Of a stretch of 64,000 nucleotides of DNA, positions 37,891 to 48,126 are shown piece after piece. The translations under genes were made by a program, and so were the position numbers. Origin of the DNA: Elusimicrobia bacterium GWA2_66_18 (GTDB taxonomy: Bacteria; Elusimicrobiota; Elusimicrobia; UBA1565; UBA9628); contig MGTX01000001.1 of NCBI GenBank assembly GCA_001799675.1, positions 1,602-65,601 on the forward strand, given 5' to 3'. Each line of letters opens with the position of its first letter. Positions within the stretch are counted from its first letter, which is position 1. Below the pieces are notes generated by a model. The model did no database searches, was not told where the DNA came from, and saw only the letters and a program-made list of their open reading frames with translations.

Positions 37891-40800
37891 CCGGGCGCGT
37901 GCTCGGCGCTCCCGGTTGCGGGGCGCGAGCCTTCCTCGCGCGGCGCATCCTCGCCGGTCGCGCGCCCGTCGGTCTCGAACCCCCCCGGGGACCCCTCGTC
38001 CTGGTCCTGCCGGACGCCGACGCCGTCGAGGACGTCGCCGACGCCGTCAAGGCGCTCCTGCCCCTCTTCGCGGGGCAGGCGGAGGTCTGCGCCGTCTTCG
38101 GCGACGACCCGCGCGAGCGCCTGGCGTCCTTGGAACTCCTGCGGGTCGGCGCGCGTTTGGCTCTGGCCACCGCCGAGGGCCTCGCCGCGCCCGCGCACCC
38201 GCCGTCCGACTTCTCCGCGCGCACGGTGCGCTTTCGCTGCGGCGACCGAAGTCCGCGCGACAGCACCATCGAAGCGCTCGCCGCCGCCGGATATCAGCGC
38301 GTGGATTTCGTCGAGAGCCCCGGCGAATACGCGGTGCGCGGCGCGGTCCTGGACTTTCACGCCCTGGAGCCGGCCGTCGCCTACCGCGTGCTCTACGATG
38401 AGGACCGGATCGCCTCGATTAGGCCCTTCGATCCCTTGTCGCAGGAGCCCGAGGCGGTGGTCGCCCTGGCGGTCGCGACCCCCGCGGAGGAGCCGGCCCA
38501 AGGGGGGCGCGTCGCGGACTGGCTCCGGGACGGGGCCCTCTGGCTCGTCTGCGAAGGCGTCGAGGTTCCGGTCCCCGAGGGCGCGCGCGTCCTGACTCTC
38601 GGCGGCCTCGTCGAGAGCGGCTCGGGCGATGCGGACTTCGGGGCTCGTCCCATCGGGCCTTTCGCCTGCGATCCGCGCAACGCCTGGGTCGAGATGCGCC
38701 GCGACGCCGAGGCGGGCCGCCGGGTCGTCCTCTTCAGCCTCAACGCGGGCGAGGACGCCCGCCTGCAGGAGCTCTTGGCCGCGGAGCTGCCCCACGGCGC
38801 GGCCCAGTTCCTGATCGGCCCCCTGCGCGAGGGCTTCCGGCTCGAGACCGAGGGCTTGGCGCTGTACACGACCTCCCAGATCTTCGAGCGCGATTGGCGC
38901 GGGGTCAGCCGTTGGAAGCGCTTCGCGGCCAAGGGCGCGCAGACCGTGCGCTGGCGCGAATTGCGCCAGGGAGACTACGTCGTCCATCAGGAATACGGCG
39001 TGGCGCGCTACTCGGGCATGGAGCCCGTTTCGGTGCCGGGCCATGGCGCGCAGGACTGCGTGAAGCTCGAGTTTCGCGGCTCGGATCGGCTGTACGTGCC
39101 GCTCACCGAGTTCGACCGCATCCAGAAATACGCGGGAGTGGAGGGCAAACGCCCGCGCCTGTCCAGCCTCGACACCCGCACCTGGGAGGAGGTCAAGCGG
39201 CAGGTCGTCGAGGGCGCGCGGGAGCTGGCCGAGGAACTCCTCAAGCTCCAGGCCAAGAGGAAGACGTGCGTCGGGCATGCCTTCGCGTCGGAGGGCATGA
39301 TGGAGCGCGAGTTCGCGGCCTCCTTCCCCTTCGAGCCGACCGAGGACCAGGCCCGCGCCATCCGCGAGACGCTGGAGGACATGACGTCTCCGCGCCCCAT
39401 GGACCGCCTCGTCGTCGGAGACGTGGGCTTCGGCAAGACCGAGGTCGCCATGCGCGCGGCCTTCAAGTGCGTGATGGGCCTTAAGCAGTGCGCCGTCCTC
39501 GCCCCCACGACCGTGCTCGCCGACCAGCACTTGCGCACCTTCACCAAGCGCATGGCGGGCTTCCCGGTCAAGCTCGCGATCATGACCCGCTTCCAGACCA
39601 AGGCGGAGCAGAACCGGACCCTGGCCGAGCTCAAGGCGGGCAAGGTGGACGTCGTGATCGGGACCGCGCGGCTCCTGCAGAAGGACGTGCGCTTCCACGA
39701 CCTGGGCCTGGTGGTCGTCGACGAAGAGCACCGTTTCGGCGTGGCGGACAAGGAACGCCTCAAGAAGGTCCGCATCAACGCCGACATCCTGTCGCTGTCG
39801 GCCACGCCCATCCCGCGCTCCCTCCACCAGGCGATGACGGGACTGCGCGGCATCTCGCTGATACAGACCGCGCCGACGGGCCGCCAGCCGATCGTGACCC
39901 GGGTGGGGCCCTGGGATGAGCGCGTGGTTTCGACGGCGCTCGCCGAGGAACTCGCGCGCGGCGGCCAGGCCTACTACGTGCACAACCGCGTGCGCTCCAT
40001 GGCCGACGCCCTGGAGACCGTCCAGCGCCTCTGCGGCGGCGCGCGGGTGGCCATGGTCCACGGCCGGATGCGCCCGCGCGAGATCGAGGCGGCCATGTGG
40101 GACTTCGCCCAGCGCAAGTCCGACGTGCTGTTGGCCTCCACCATCATCGAGTCGGGCCTCGACATCCCGACGGTGAACACCCTGCTCGTCGAGGACGCCC
40201 AGGACTTCGGCCTGGCCCAGCTCTATCAACTGCGCGGACGCATCGGCCGCGAACGCCAGCGCGCCTACTGCTGGCTCTTCCATCCGCCGCAAAGCGCCCT
40301 CAAGGACCTTCCCGAGGACGCGCGCAAGCGCCTGGAGGCGCTCAAGGAGTTCGGCTCGCTCGGCGCGGGAATCAAGCTTGCGATGCGGGATCTCGAGATC
40401 CGCGGAGCCGGGGACCTCCTCGGCGCCAAGCAGCACGGCTTCATGAACGCCGTCGGCGCGGATTACTACTCCCAGATATTGGAGAGCGAGATCGCGCGCC
40501 TGCGCGGCCAGGCCCCCGAGGACGACCGCGCCGTCTCCATCGACTTGCGTTTGCCGGCCTACATTCCCCAGGACTATCTGCCCGGGGAGATCGAAAGATT
40601 GAAAGTCTACAAGCGGGCGCTCAAGGCCGCTCCTGGAGAGGCCGAGTTGATTCTCGAGGAATTGGAGCGGCTGTCCGGGCCGGCGCCGCAGGCGGTGCGC
40701 AATCTCTTCGAGCTGATCTGCCTGCGCGCCGCCGCTCGGCGCGCGAAGATCGAGTCCATCGTGGAGTTGGAGAAGGCCGTGGAGATCCGGTTCCGGACGG

Positions 40801-40955
40801 ACGCGCCGCCGTCGCCGCAAGCGCTGGCCCGCTGGATGCAGGCCTTCGCCGGCCGCATCGCCTTCGTGCCCGACTCGATGGAAGGCGACGCGGTCAGATT
40901 GTCCCTCGACGACCGCGCCGCCGCGCAGGCCGTGCGGGAGTTCCTCGCCGCATGA
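37887..40955 (+). CDS. mfd: Transcription-repair coupling factor Mfd
   Basis: ..RYSGMEPVSVPGHGAQDCVKLEF..TEDQARAI..DRLVVGDVGFGKTEVAMRAAF..VLAPTTVLADQH..DLGLVVVDEEHRFGV.. (RecG-like helicase motifs) plus a TRG/C-terminal region. ATG overlaps the hemC stop. Confidence 0.9.
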   Translation: MTGRVLGAPGCGARAFLARRILAGRAPVGLEPPRGPLVLVLPDADAVEDVADAVKALLPLFAGQAEVCAVFGDDPRERLASLELLRVGARLALATAEGLAAPAHPPSDFSARTVRFRCGDRSPRDSTIEALAAAGYQRVDFVESPGEYAVRGAVLDFHALEPAVAYRVLYDEDRIASIRPFDPLSQEPEAVVALAVATPAEEPAQGGRVADWLRDGALWLVCEGVEVPVPEGARVLTLGGLVESGSGDADFGARPIGPFACDPRNAWVEMRRDAEAGRRVVLFSLNAGEDARLQELLAAELPHGAAQFLIGPLREGFRLETEGLALYTTSQIFERDWRGVSRWKRFAAKGAQTVRWRELRQGDYVVHQEYGVARYSGMEPVSVPGHGAQDCVKLEFRGSDRLYVPLTEFDRIQKYAGVEGKRPRLSSLDTRTWEEVKRQVVEGARELAEELLKLQAKRKTCVGHAFASEGMMEREFAASFPFEPTEDQARAIRETLEDMTSPRPMDRLVVGDVGFGKTEVAMRAAFKCVMGLKQCAVLAPTTVLADQHLRTFTKRMAGFPVKLAIMTRFQTKAEQNRTLAELKAGKVDVVIGTARLLQKDVRFHDLGLVVVDEEHRFGVADKERLKKVRINADILSLSATPIPRSLHQAMTGLRGISLIQTAPTGRQPIVTRVGPWDERVVSTALAEELARGGQAYYVHNRVRSMADALETVQRLCGGARVAMVHGRMRPREIEAAMWDFAQRKSDVLLASTIIESGLDIPTVNTLLVEDAQDFGLAQLYQLRGRIGRERQRAYCWLFHPPQSALKDLPEDARKRLEALKEFGSLGAGIKLAMRDLEIRGAGDLLGAKQHGFMNAVGADYYSQILESEIARLRGQAPEDDRAVSIDLRLPAYIPQDYLPGEIERLKVYKRALKAAPGEAELILEELERLSGPAPQAVRNLFELICLRAAARRAKIESIVELEKAVEIRFRTDAPPSPQALARWMQAFAGRIAFVPDSMEGDAVRLSLDDRAAAQAVREFLAA

Positions 40956-41812
40956 GCGTCTTTCATCTCGGAAATGATAAGATGGATCCGGTGAAAAAAG
41001 CCCTCTTTTTGGCGTCGTTGCTGCTTCTGGCCGCCTGCCGCGCGGAGAAGGACGCCGTGCTGGCTCGCGTCGGCAAGCTCAAGATCACGCAGTCCGAGTT
41101 CCAGCGCAAGATCGGCGAGGTCTCCCAGGGTTATCAGGATTATGTCCTGACCCCGAGCGGCCGCCGTCAATTCCTAGACGTGCTCGTGCGCGAGAAACTG
41201 GTGCTGGTCGCGGCCCAGCAGTCCGACGTGCCCCGTTCCGCGGACTTCCGCGCCCGGCTCGAGCAGCTGCGTCGCGACGAGGAGGCTCGGGTGCGCGAGG
41301 GCGGAGAGGCCCTGCTCACCATGATGTGGCTCGAGGACCTGCGCAAGCGAGGCTCCATCCACCCCTCCGATGATGAGGTTCGCGCCTATATGACGAAGTA
41401 TCCCGACGAGGTGGAGATACGACACATCCTGCTCGCTTCTCCCGAGAAGGCCGAGACGGTCGCCAAGCTCCTGCGCGGCGGAGCCAATTTCGCCAAGGTG
41501 GCGCAGAAGGAATCTTTGGACGCGGCCACCGCGTCGTCGGGAGGCCGCTTCCCGCCGTTGCTCTACGGAGAGATTCTCCCGGAGTTGGAGGAGGTCGTCT
41601 TGCGCATGCGCCAGGGAGAGATCGGGGGCCCGCTGAAGAGCAAGTTCGGCTACCACGTCCTGCGCAAGGACACCGAGCGCAAGCTCTCCTACGACAAAGA
41701 AGAGTCGCGCGAGCGGGTCGCGCGCCTGCTCGAGAAGCAGAAGTTGGACCGCTACCTTCAGCAAGTCCAGGAGAAGTTCCCGGTGGAGGTCATCGATGAA
41801 CAGTTCAAATAG
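40952..41812 (+). CDS. Parvulin-type peptidyl-prolyl isomerase (PpiC/PrsA-like lipoprotein)
   Basis: Lipobox ..LLLLAAC. PpiC domain ..RHILLASPEKAETVAKLLRGGANFAKVAQKES..GYHVL... The 285-aa N-terminal extension in the ORF track (overlapping mfd) is rejected. Confidence 0.7.
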   Translation: MSVFHLGNDKMDPVKKALFLASLLLLAACRAEKDAVLARVGKLKITQSEFQRKIGEVSQGYQDYVLTPSGRRQFLDVLVREKLVLVAAQQSDVPRSADFRARLEQLRRDEEARVREGGEALLTMMWLEDLRKRGSIHPSDDEVRAYMTKYPDEVEIRHILLASPEKAETVAKLLRGGANFAKVAQKESLDAATASSGGRFPPLLYGEILPELEEVVLRMRQGEIGGPLKSKFGYHVLRKDTERKLSYDKEESRERVARLLEKQKLDRYLQQVQEKFPVEVIDEQFK

Positions 41813-42920
41813 GGGCGAACGCGTCGCGGCGGTCCTGCTCATGCTGGCCGCGGCGTGCGGCACGGCGGCCGCCGCCGCCAAGACCAAGATGGAGGACACC
41901 GTCGCCGTCGTCAACGGGACCCCCATCCTCCTCAGCGAGTACCAGAAAGAGGCGTCCACCGCCCTCGACTACTGGTCCAAGACCAACCCCGCGGCCATGG
42001 CCGATCCCGTCAACGCGCGCAAGATCCGCGAGAACACGCTGGAGGAGCTGATCACCCGCGAATTGCTCGTCCAAGAGGGCCAGAAGCTGAAGCTGAAGGT
42101 CCGCGAGCGCGAAATCGAGAATGCCGTCGACGAGATCAAGGCGCGTTTCAAGAAGGACGAGACCGGCCGCCTTCTCACCGAAGCGCAGGCCGACGAGACC
42201 TTCCAACGGCAACTCCAGAACGAGGGACTGGACTTCGGCCGCTTCCGCGAGCGCCTGTCGCGCCAGATCCTGGCGCGCAAGGTCATCGACGAGCAGGTCA
42301 AGGCCCGGACCGCGCCTGCCGCCGAGAAGGAGGTCCGGGACTATTTCGAGAAGATCAAGTCCTACATCGCGTCCAAGAGCACCGAGGCGCCCAAGGGGTT
42401 GGACGAGGAGGAAGGGCTGGCCCTGCGCGAGGCGGCCGCCCAGGTCAAGACCATGAGCTCGGAGCGGGTGCGCGTCTACCGCATTCTCATCCGGGTCTCC
42501 GCGTCCGCCACCGACAACGAGCGCAAGCGAGCGCTCAAGACCGCCGCGGAGATCAAGAGGCGTCTCGACGGCGGCGAGGAATTCACCAAGGTCGCCAAGG
42601 AGGAGTCCGAGGAACCGGAAAGCGCGGCGCGAGGCGGAGACATCGGCTACGTCCTGCGCGGCGTCGCGCCGCCCGAGTTGGAGAAGGCCGTCTTCTCCAT
42701 GGGCGTCGGCGAAATCAGCGCTCCGATTGCGACCGAGGTCGGCTACCACATCGTCCGCGTGACCGAGAAGCGCGCGGACGAGACGCCGGACTTCGACCGC
42801 TTCAAGGACGATCTGGCCAATTTCCTCGGCAACGTGTCCTTTCAGAAGCGCCTGGAGTCTTTCGTGCAGGGCTTGCGCGAGAAGTCGGTCATTGAGCGCC
42901 ATCTCCCGACGACCCCTTAA
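41796..42920 (+). CDS. SurA-like chaperone/peptidyl-prolyl isomerase
   Basis: Lipoprotein-like N-terminus (LMLAAACG), SurA N-domain-like helices, parvulin domain ..YRILIRVSASATDNERKRAL..GGDIGYV..GYHIVRV... Confidence 0.7.
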   Translation: MNSSNRGERVAAVLLMLAAACGTAAAAAKTKMEDTVAVVNGTPILLSEYQKEASTALDYWSKTNPAAMADPVNARKIRENTLEELITRELLVQEGQKLKLKVREREIENAVDEIKARFKKDETGRLLTEAQADETFQRQLQNEGLDFGRFRERLSRQILARKVIDEQVKARTAPAAEKEVRDYFEKIKSYIASKSTEAPKGLDEEEGLALREAAAQVKTMSSERVRVYRILIRVSASATDNERKRALKTAAEIKRRLDGGEEFTKVAKEESEEPESAARGGDIGYVLRGVAPPELEKAVFSMGVGEISAPIATEVGYHIVRVTEKRADETPDFDRFKDDLANFLGNVSFQKRLESFVQGLREKSVIERHLPTTP

Positions 42921-43842
42921 GACCCTCGCCTTCACCTGCGGCGATCCCGCGGGCGTAGGGCCTCAGACGGTCATCGCCGCTCTGCGCGCCCGCGCCCTGC
43001 CCGCGGACGTGGCTCCGGTCTTGGTGGGCGAGAGCTCCGTCTGGCGCCGCGCCGGCTGGCGTTCCACCGACGGCCCCATCCGGGACACCTCGCTGGGCCT
43101 CAAGCCGCCTCCTCCGGGCGTGGCGGGCGCCGTCGGCGGACGCCTCTCCGCCGCCGCCTTCGAAGAAGCCCTGAGGCTCGTCGCCCAAGGGCTCGCGGCG
43201 GGGATCGTCACCGCGCCCATCTCCAAGGAGTCTTGGGCCGCGGCGGGCTATCCTTGGCGCGACCATACGCAGCGTTTGGAGGCCTGCGGGCAGGACGGCG
43301 CGGAGATGGTTCTCGGCGTGCCGTCGCGCGGGCTCTGGTGCGCGTTGGCGACGCGCCATTTGTCTCTCAAGGAGGCGGTCCGCCGCGTCGGCGCGCGAGA
43401 GATTTCGTCGGCCGCGCGCGCTCTGGCCTCGGCCCTGCGGCGGCTGGGCAAACCGCGCCCGCGCCTGGCCCTCTGCGCGCTGAACCCTCACGGCGGCGAG
43501 CAGGGGCTCATCGGCCGCGAGGAGGGGGAGAGGCTGGCTCCCGCGGCCGCGGCCCTGCGCCGCCGGGGACTGCTCCTCGACGGGCCCCTGCCCGCGGATT
43601 CGGCCTGGCGCCTGCACTGCGAAGGCGCCTACGACGGGCTGGTCTGTCTTTACCACGACCAGGCCCTGATTCCGCTGAAGGTCGCGGGCGGACTGGGGGG
43701 GGTCAATTGGACGATGGGCCCGCCCTTCGTGCGCGTGTCCGCCGCTCACGGCGCGGCCTGGGACGCGGCCCGTTTCGGGGTGGCGGATGCCTCCGGGATG
43801 ATCGAGGCCGCGCGTCTGGCGGCGCGGCTGCTCAGTCTTTGA
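42892..43842 (+). CDS. pdxA: 4-hydroxythreonine-4-phosphate dehydrogenase PdxA family
   Basis: ..LAFTCGDPAGVGPQ.., ..ALNPHGGEQG.., ..LYHDQALIPLK... Classic surA-pdxA synteny. The exact start codon is uncertain. Confidence 0.8.
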   Translation: MSAISRRPLKTLAFTCGDPAGVGPQTVIAALRARALPADVAPVLVGESSVWRRAGWRSTDGPIRDTSLGLKPPPPGVAGAVGGRLSAAAFEEALRLVAQGLAAGIVTAPISKESWAAAGYPWRDHTQRLEACGQDGAEMVLGVPSRGLWCALATRHLSLKEAVRRVGAREISSAARALASALRRLGKPRPRLALCALNPHGGEQGLIGREEGERLAPAAAALRRRGLLLDGPLPADSAWRLHCEGAYDGLVCLYHDQALIPLKVAGGLGGVNWTMGPPFVRVSAAHGAAWDAARFGVADASGMIEAARLAARLLSL

Positions 43843-43891
43843 CGGCGCAGCCCTTGGCCTTCAGCTTGCGGGCGAGGATGGACCGATTCCA

Positions 43892-43921
43892 TTGACAAAT
43901 CAAGGGGCGGGGGGATACACT
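43892..43921 (+). promoter_or_regulatory. Promoter candidate (TTGACA-N18-TACACT)
   Basis: TTGACA 43892-43897, TACACT 43916-43921. ATG of the TPR-kinase at 43928. Confidence 0.4.
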
Positions 43922-43927
43922 GCCGAG

Positions 43928-45544
43928 ATGAGCCGCGTCCCGCGCGCCCTTGCGTTGCTCCTGCTGTTTTGCGCCTCTTTTGCCTGCGTGGAAGAGGGGA
44001 ATGCGGGTGCAGACGCCGGCAAAGCGGCAGCCGCCGCCCCGGCGCAGGAGGCGGAGCGCTCCGCGCTCTTCGCCAAGGAGGCGGCCGACGCCCTGCGCGC
44101 GCAGGACTATCCCGCCGCCTATCAACAGGCCTCGCGCGCCATCGAGCTCAACGCGCGGAACGCCCAGGCGCTCAACTATCGCGCCGTGGCGCTGATCCAT
44201 CTCAATCGCCATCAAGAGGCCGTGCAGGACGCCGGCGCGGCGCTCATTCTCGCGCCGGGCAACGCGGCCATCCTGCAGACGCGCTCTCAAGCGTTATCCC
44301 ATCAAGGAAAGTACCAGGAAGGCCTCATGGATGCGGACGCGACGCTCCAGCGCGACGCGGCCAACGCCTTCGCCTATGAGAGCAAGGCCTTCGCCCTGGC
44401 CGGGCTCCATGAGAATTCGGCCGCGCTCGAGGCCCTGCGCAGCGCCGCCGGGATCGATCCTCGTTTCCAGGGGCGCCTGGAGCGGGCGTTGCAGTTGCCC
44501 CAGGACACAGACCTGACCCTCCTCTTCGATGACGGAGCGGCCGCCCCCGCTCAGGGCTTGAGTCCGAGACGCTTCGCGCGCCTGGCCGTGTTGACCGCGG
44601 TCGGGGGACTTCTCATCGCCCTCGCGGTCCTGCACATCGCGTCGGCCTCCTGGCGCGACCAGGTGCGCATGACCGTGCGCAGGGCGCTCGCACCCGCGGC
44701 CGACTCCGGGAACGCGCCGGCTCCGGGGGACGCCTTCTGGACCCAGTATGAGTTGGTCAAGGAGATCGGCCTGGGCGGGATGGGCGTCGTCTACGACGCC
44801 CGGGATCGCGCTCTCGAGCGCCGTGTGGCGGTCAAGAAGATGCGCGACGAGATCCGCCTGGACCCGCAGGAACGCCGGAGCTTCGTGCGCGAGGCCCGTC
44901 TCGTGGCCCAGCTTCACCACCCGGGGATCGCGGACATCTACGGCATCGTCGAGGACGGCCCCGATATCTATCTGGTCTTCGAGTTCGTCGAGGGGCGCAC
45001 ACTCCAGGACGCGCTGAAGTCCTCGGGGCCTTTGGAATTGACGCGGGCGCGGGCCATCCTCAAGGAGATGGCCGCCGCCGTCGAGCACGCCCACGAGCGC
45101 GGCGTCATCCACCGCGATCTCAAGCCCTCGAACGTGATGCTGACGCCCGAAGGCCGCGTGAAGGTCATGGACTTCGGCGTGGCGCGCCAGGCCAAGGACA
45201 CGCTGGCCAAGCTCTCCGGCGCCGACACCGTCGCGGGCACCCCGTCCTACATGGCGCCCGAGCAGGAGCAAGGCGCCGCGCGCAGGGAGTCCGACGTTTA
45301 CGCCCTGGGCGTATGCCTTTATGAGATGCTGACCGGTTCTCTTCCTTTCTCCGGCAGCGGCGCGGTCATGCTCCTTAATAAGCTCACCGGCAAGCACATC
45401 CCGCCCACCCAGCGGGCCCCCTGCCTGCCGCAGGCGTTGGACTTGCTCATGGCCGTCGCCCTGGCCCCCGACCCCGACCAGCGCTACAAGACTCCGGCCG
45501 AACTAGTCGCGGCCCTCGAAATCATTCCCGTCGCGCGCGCCTGA
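43928..45544 (+). CDS. TPR-repeat (periplasmic) transmembrane Ser/Thr protein kinase
   Basis: Signal peptide, TPR-like helices, TM (VLTAVGGLLIALAVL). Kinase: GLGGMGVVYDA..AVKKM, HRDLKPSNVML, DFGVAR, GTPSYMAPE. Confidence 0.85.
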   Translation: MSRVPRALALLLLFCASFACVEEGNAGADAGKAAAAAPAQEAERSALFAKEAADALRAQDYPAAYQQASRAIELNARNAQALNYRAVALIHLNRHQEAVQDAGAALILAPGNAAILQTRSQALSHQGKYQEGLMDADATLQRDAANAFAYESKAFALAGLHENSAALEALRSAAGIDPRFQGRLERALQLPQDTDLTLLFDDGAAAPAQGLSPRRFARLAVLTAVGGLLIALAVLHIASASWRDQVRMTVRRALAPAADSGNAPAPGDAFWTQYELVKEIGLGGMGVVYDARDRALERRVAVKKMRDEIRLDPQERRSFVREARLVAQLHHPGIADIYGIVEDGPDIYLVFEFVEGRTLQDALKSSGPLELTRARAILKEMAAAVEHAHERGVIHRDLKPSNVMLTPEGRVKVMDFGVARQAKDTLAKLSGADTVAGTPSYMAPEQEQGAARRESDVYALGVCLYEMLTGSLPFSGSGAVMLLNKLTGKHIPPTQRAPCLPQALDLLMAVALAPDPDQRYKTPAELVAALEIIPVARA

Positions 45545-45593
45545 GCCGCGCGGGGCCGATGGGTAAAAGCGCGGTAAAAGCAACTCGTTTGCC

Positions 45594-45622
45594 TTGACAA
45601 CTTCCGGGGGTCCCCTTACACT
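45594..45622 (+). promoter_or_regulatory. Promoter candidate (TTGACA-N17-TACACT)
   Basis: TTGACA 45594-45599, TACACT 45617-45622. ATG of the second TPR-kinase at 45630. Confidence 0.4.
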
Positions 45623-45629
45623 TGCGGAT

Positions 45630-48074
45630 ATGAGCCCCCTCTGCCTTCCCGCCTTCCTGCTGTCAGCCGTTCTCTGCGCGCCGTCCTTGGGGGGCCACGA
45701 CCATCATGGCGCGCCCATCGCCGCGCAGGACCAGGTGCCGGTGGAGGAGGCCCGGAGGCGGTGGCGCGCGGATGTCGAAAGTTTAAGCAAGCAGCATCCC
45801 TGGGGGGAGCGCTACTTCACTCAGATTCTCGACAAGCTGGAAGCGCGCCTTCAGAGGCAGGGGATCGCCACGGTCAACCGCGGAGAAATCGATATGGTCG
45901 GCGGCATGATCGAGCTTGAGATCGAGAAGCGCCGGCAGGAACGCGGGGCCAAGCTCCTCCCCGAGGACCAGCGCGCCGAGGCGCTGGCCCGCATCGAGGC
46001 GTCCTACAACGAGAAGATGAATAAATTCCCCGGCGGCAAGGTCATGGACGATCTCCATTCCGCCATCCACGACGCCTCCCGATTATTCCATCGCGGCCCC
46101 AGGCCCAATCCGGACATCCCGAGCGGTCTGCCCAGCGGCGGCCATCTCGACCACATGGCAGGCCAGTCGCCCGATGACCCGGATGTCGCGCGCCTGCAGG
46201 CTCAGCAGAAGCTGGCTTCCGGAGACCTCTCCGGGGCCCTGAAGGCCGCCGTGCGCGCCGTGGACCTGGGCGGCGGAGCCGAGGCGCTGGCCACGCGCGG
46301 CGATATCCTGTACCGGATGGGGGACTATCAGAAGGCGAACGATGACGCGCGCGCGGCTCTGCGACTGGACCCGGGCAACGCCGAGGCGATGTCTCTTGCC
46401 CATGCGACCGATGGGCGGGCCGGGGCCGCCGGCTCTTCGCCGGAACGTTTTTCCCTGGGGAGCGCCGCGTCCCGCGGGGAGGGCGGCTTTGCGCCGCGCG
46501 CCGGCCTTCCGGCGGGAGGAGATTCCTCGCGCCGTTCGGCCGAGCAGGCCGCGCGGCAGGGGGAGAACGCGTTCCGGTTGGGCGATAACGCGGGGGCGCT
46601 CTCCTATGCCAATCGCGGCCTCGAGCAGTCTCCGGGAGATCTTTATCTGTTGGCCCTGCGCGCCGCGATCTACTCGCGTCGGCGCGAGTACGACAAGGCG
46701 GAGGCGGACGCCAATCATGGGTTGGAGAAAGACTCCCAGAACCTGACGCTCCTGCGCGCCAAGGCCTTCGCCCAGAACCGGGGCAAGCGTTGGAAGGATG
46801 CCGTGGCGACTTCGAACCACCTGCTGGAGCTCAACCCCAACGACCCTTACGGCTACGCCTATCGCGCCCACGCTTACGCCGGTTTGGGCGAAAAGGACGC
46901 GATGATGGCCGACATCGAGCGCGCGGCCCGCTCCGATCCCCGGTTCGGCGACGCGGTCCGTCAAGCCGCCGGCCTCCAACTCCCTTCGGACGCCGATATT
47001 TTTTTCCTCTTTCCAGGAGAAACCGCGTCCGGCGCGACCGCGGCAGCCCCGGCCCCCTCGGGACGGGCCCGGAGTTTAGGTCTCCTGGCGGGAGCAAGCG
47101 CGCTCGGGGGACTTCTCCTCGCTTTAGGCCTGCTTCGGAGCGTGCTGGCGCCCCTCAAGGACCAAGTCGTCTCGGTCCTCACCCGGGTCACGCGCACCGG
47201 CCCTCAGGTGGGGGCGCTCCAGACGCCGGAACGGCTCCACGGATCCCTGCCGGGCCTAATCCGAGGGCAGTACGAGATTGCCCGCCAGATCGGCGCGGGC
47301 GGCATGGGCATGGTCTTCGAGGGCACGGACCGCTTCCTGGGCCGGCGCGTGGCCATCAAGAAGATGCGCGATGAGATCCGCCATGACGCGCGCGAGCGCG
47401 CCCGCTTCGTGACGGAGGCCAAGACCGTCGCGACCCTCCACCATCCCGGCATCGTGGACATCTACGCCATCGTCGAGGATGGAGAGGATATCTTCCTCGT
47501 CTTCGAGTATGTGGACGGCAAGACCGTGCACGAGTTGGTCCAGTCCCAAGGCGGTTTGGAGCCGGGCCAAGCCCTGCGCATCGTGCGCGAGGCGGCCTCC
47601 GCCCTGGAATACGCCCATTCGTGCGGGGTCATCCACCGCGATATGAAGCCCTCGAACGTGATGGTGGACTCCGCAGGTCGGGTCAAGGTCATGGACTTCG
47701 GCATCGCCCGAGCGGCCAAGGACGCCATGACCCGCTGCTCCGTCACCAGCACCGTCGTCGGCACCCCGCCCTACATGGCGCCCGAGCAGGAACAGGGACA
47801 GGTTCGCCGCGAGTCCGACGTCTACGCCCTGGCCGTTTGCGCTTACGAGATGCTGACCGGCAAGCTCCCCTTCATCGGCGTCGGCGCAGGCATGCTGCTC
47901 AACAAGATCAACATGAGCTACGTGCCGCCCGCGCGCCAGAAGCCGGGCTTGCCGCCGACCCTGGACGCGGTTTTCGAGCGGGCCTTCCAGGCCGATCCGG
48001 ATAAACGCTATCGCACCCCGGCCGCTTTCTCGGCGGCCATAGAGTCCGCCGTTCCGACGTCCGCCCGCGCCTGA
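45630..48074 (+). CDS. TPR-repeat transmembrane Ser/Thr protein kinase (paralog of the upstream gene)
   Basis: Same architecture as 43928-45544 with more TPRs. Kinase motifs GAGGMGMVFEG..AIKKM, HRDMKPSNVMV, DFGIAR, GTPPYMAPE. Confidence 0.85.
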   Translation: MSPLCLPAFLLSAVLCAPSLGGHDHHGAPIAAQDQVPVEEARRRWRADVESLSKQHPWGERYFTQILDKLEARLQRQGIATVNRGEIDMVGGMIELEIEKRRQERGAKLLPEDQRAEALARIEASYNEKMNKFPGGKVMDDLHSAIHDASRLFHRGPRPNPDIPSGLPSGGHLDHMAGQSPDDPDVARLQAQQKLASGDLSGALKAAVRAVDLGGGAEALATRGDILYRMGDYQKANDDARAALRLDPGNAEAMSLAHATDGRAGAAGSSPERFSLGSAASRGEGGFAPRAGLPAGGDSSRRSAEQAARQGENAFRLGDNAGALSYANRGLEQSPGDLYLLALRAAIYSRRREYDKAEADANHGLEKDSQNLTLLRAKAFAQNRGKRWKDAVATSNHLLELNPNDPYGYAYRAHAYAGLGEKDAMMADIERAARSDPRFGDAVRQAAGLQLPSDADIFFLFPGETASGATAAAPAPSGRARSLGLLAGASALGGLLLALGLLRSVLAPLKDQVVSVLTRVTRTGPQVGALQTPERLHGSLPGLIRGQYEIARQIGAGGMGMVFEGTDRFLGRRVAIKKMRDEIRHDARERARFVTEAKTVATLHHPGIVDIYAIVEDGEDIFLVFEYVDGKTVHELVQSQGGLEPGQALRIVREAASALEYAHSCGVIHRDMKPSNVMVDSAGRVKVMDFGIARAAKDAMTRCSVTSTVVGTPPYMAPEQEQGQVRRESDVYALAVCAYEMLTGKLPFIGVGAGMLLNKINMSYVPPARQKPGLPPTLDAVFERAFQADPDKRYRTPAAFSAAIESAVPTSARA

Positions 48075-48088
48075 ATTCCGAGAAGCCC

Positions 48089-48117
48089 TTGCCGACGGTC
48101 TCCAGGGCTGTTATACT
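48089..48117 (+). promoter_or_regulatory. Promoter candidate for ssrA (TTGCCG-N17-TATACT)
   Basis: TTGCCG 48089-48094, TATACT 48112-48117, about 9 nt before the tmRNA 5' end. Confidence 0.4.
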
Positions 48118-48126
48118 CTTTGTGTC

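Noticed and set aside
37284-40820. 1178-aa minus-strand ORF
   Set aside because: Entirely antisense to hemC and mfd, which have strong motif support. GC-driven open frame.
40097-40951. 285-aa N-terminal extension of the PPIase ORF (track start 40097)
   Set aside because: Overlaps the mfd coding region in another frame. The lipoprotein signal peptide begins at the 40952 ATG.
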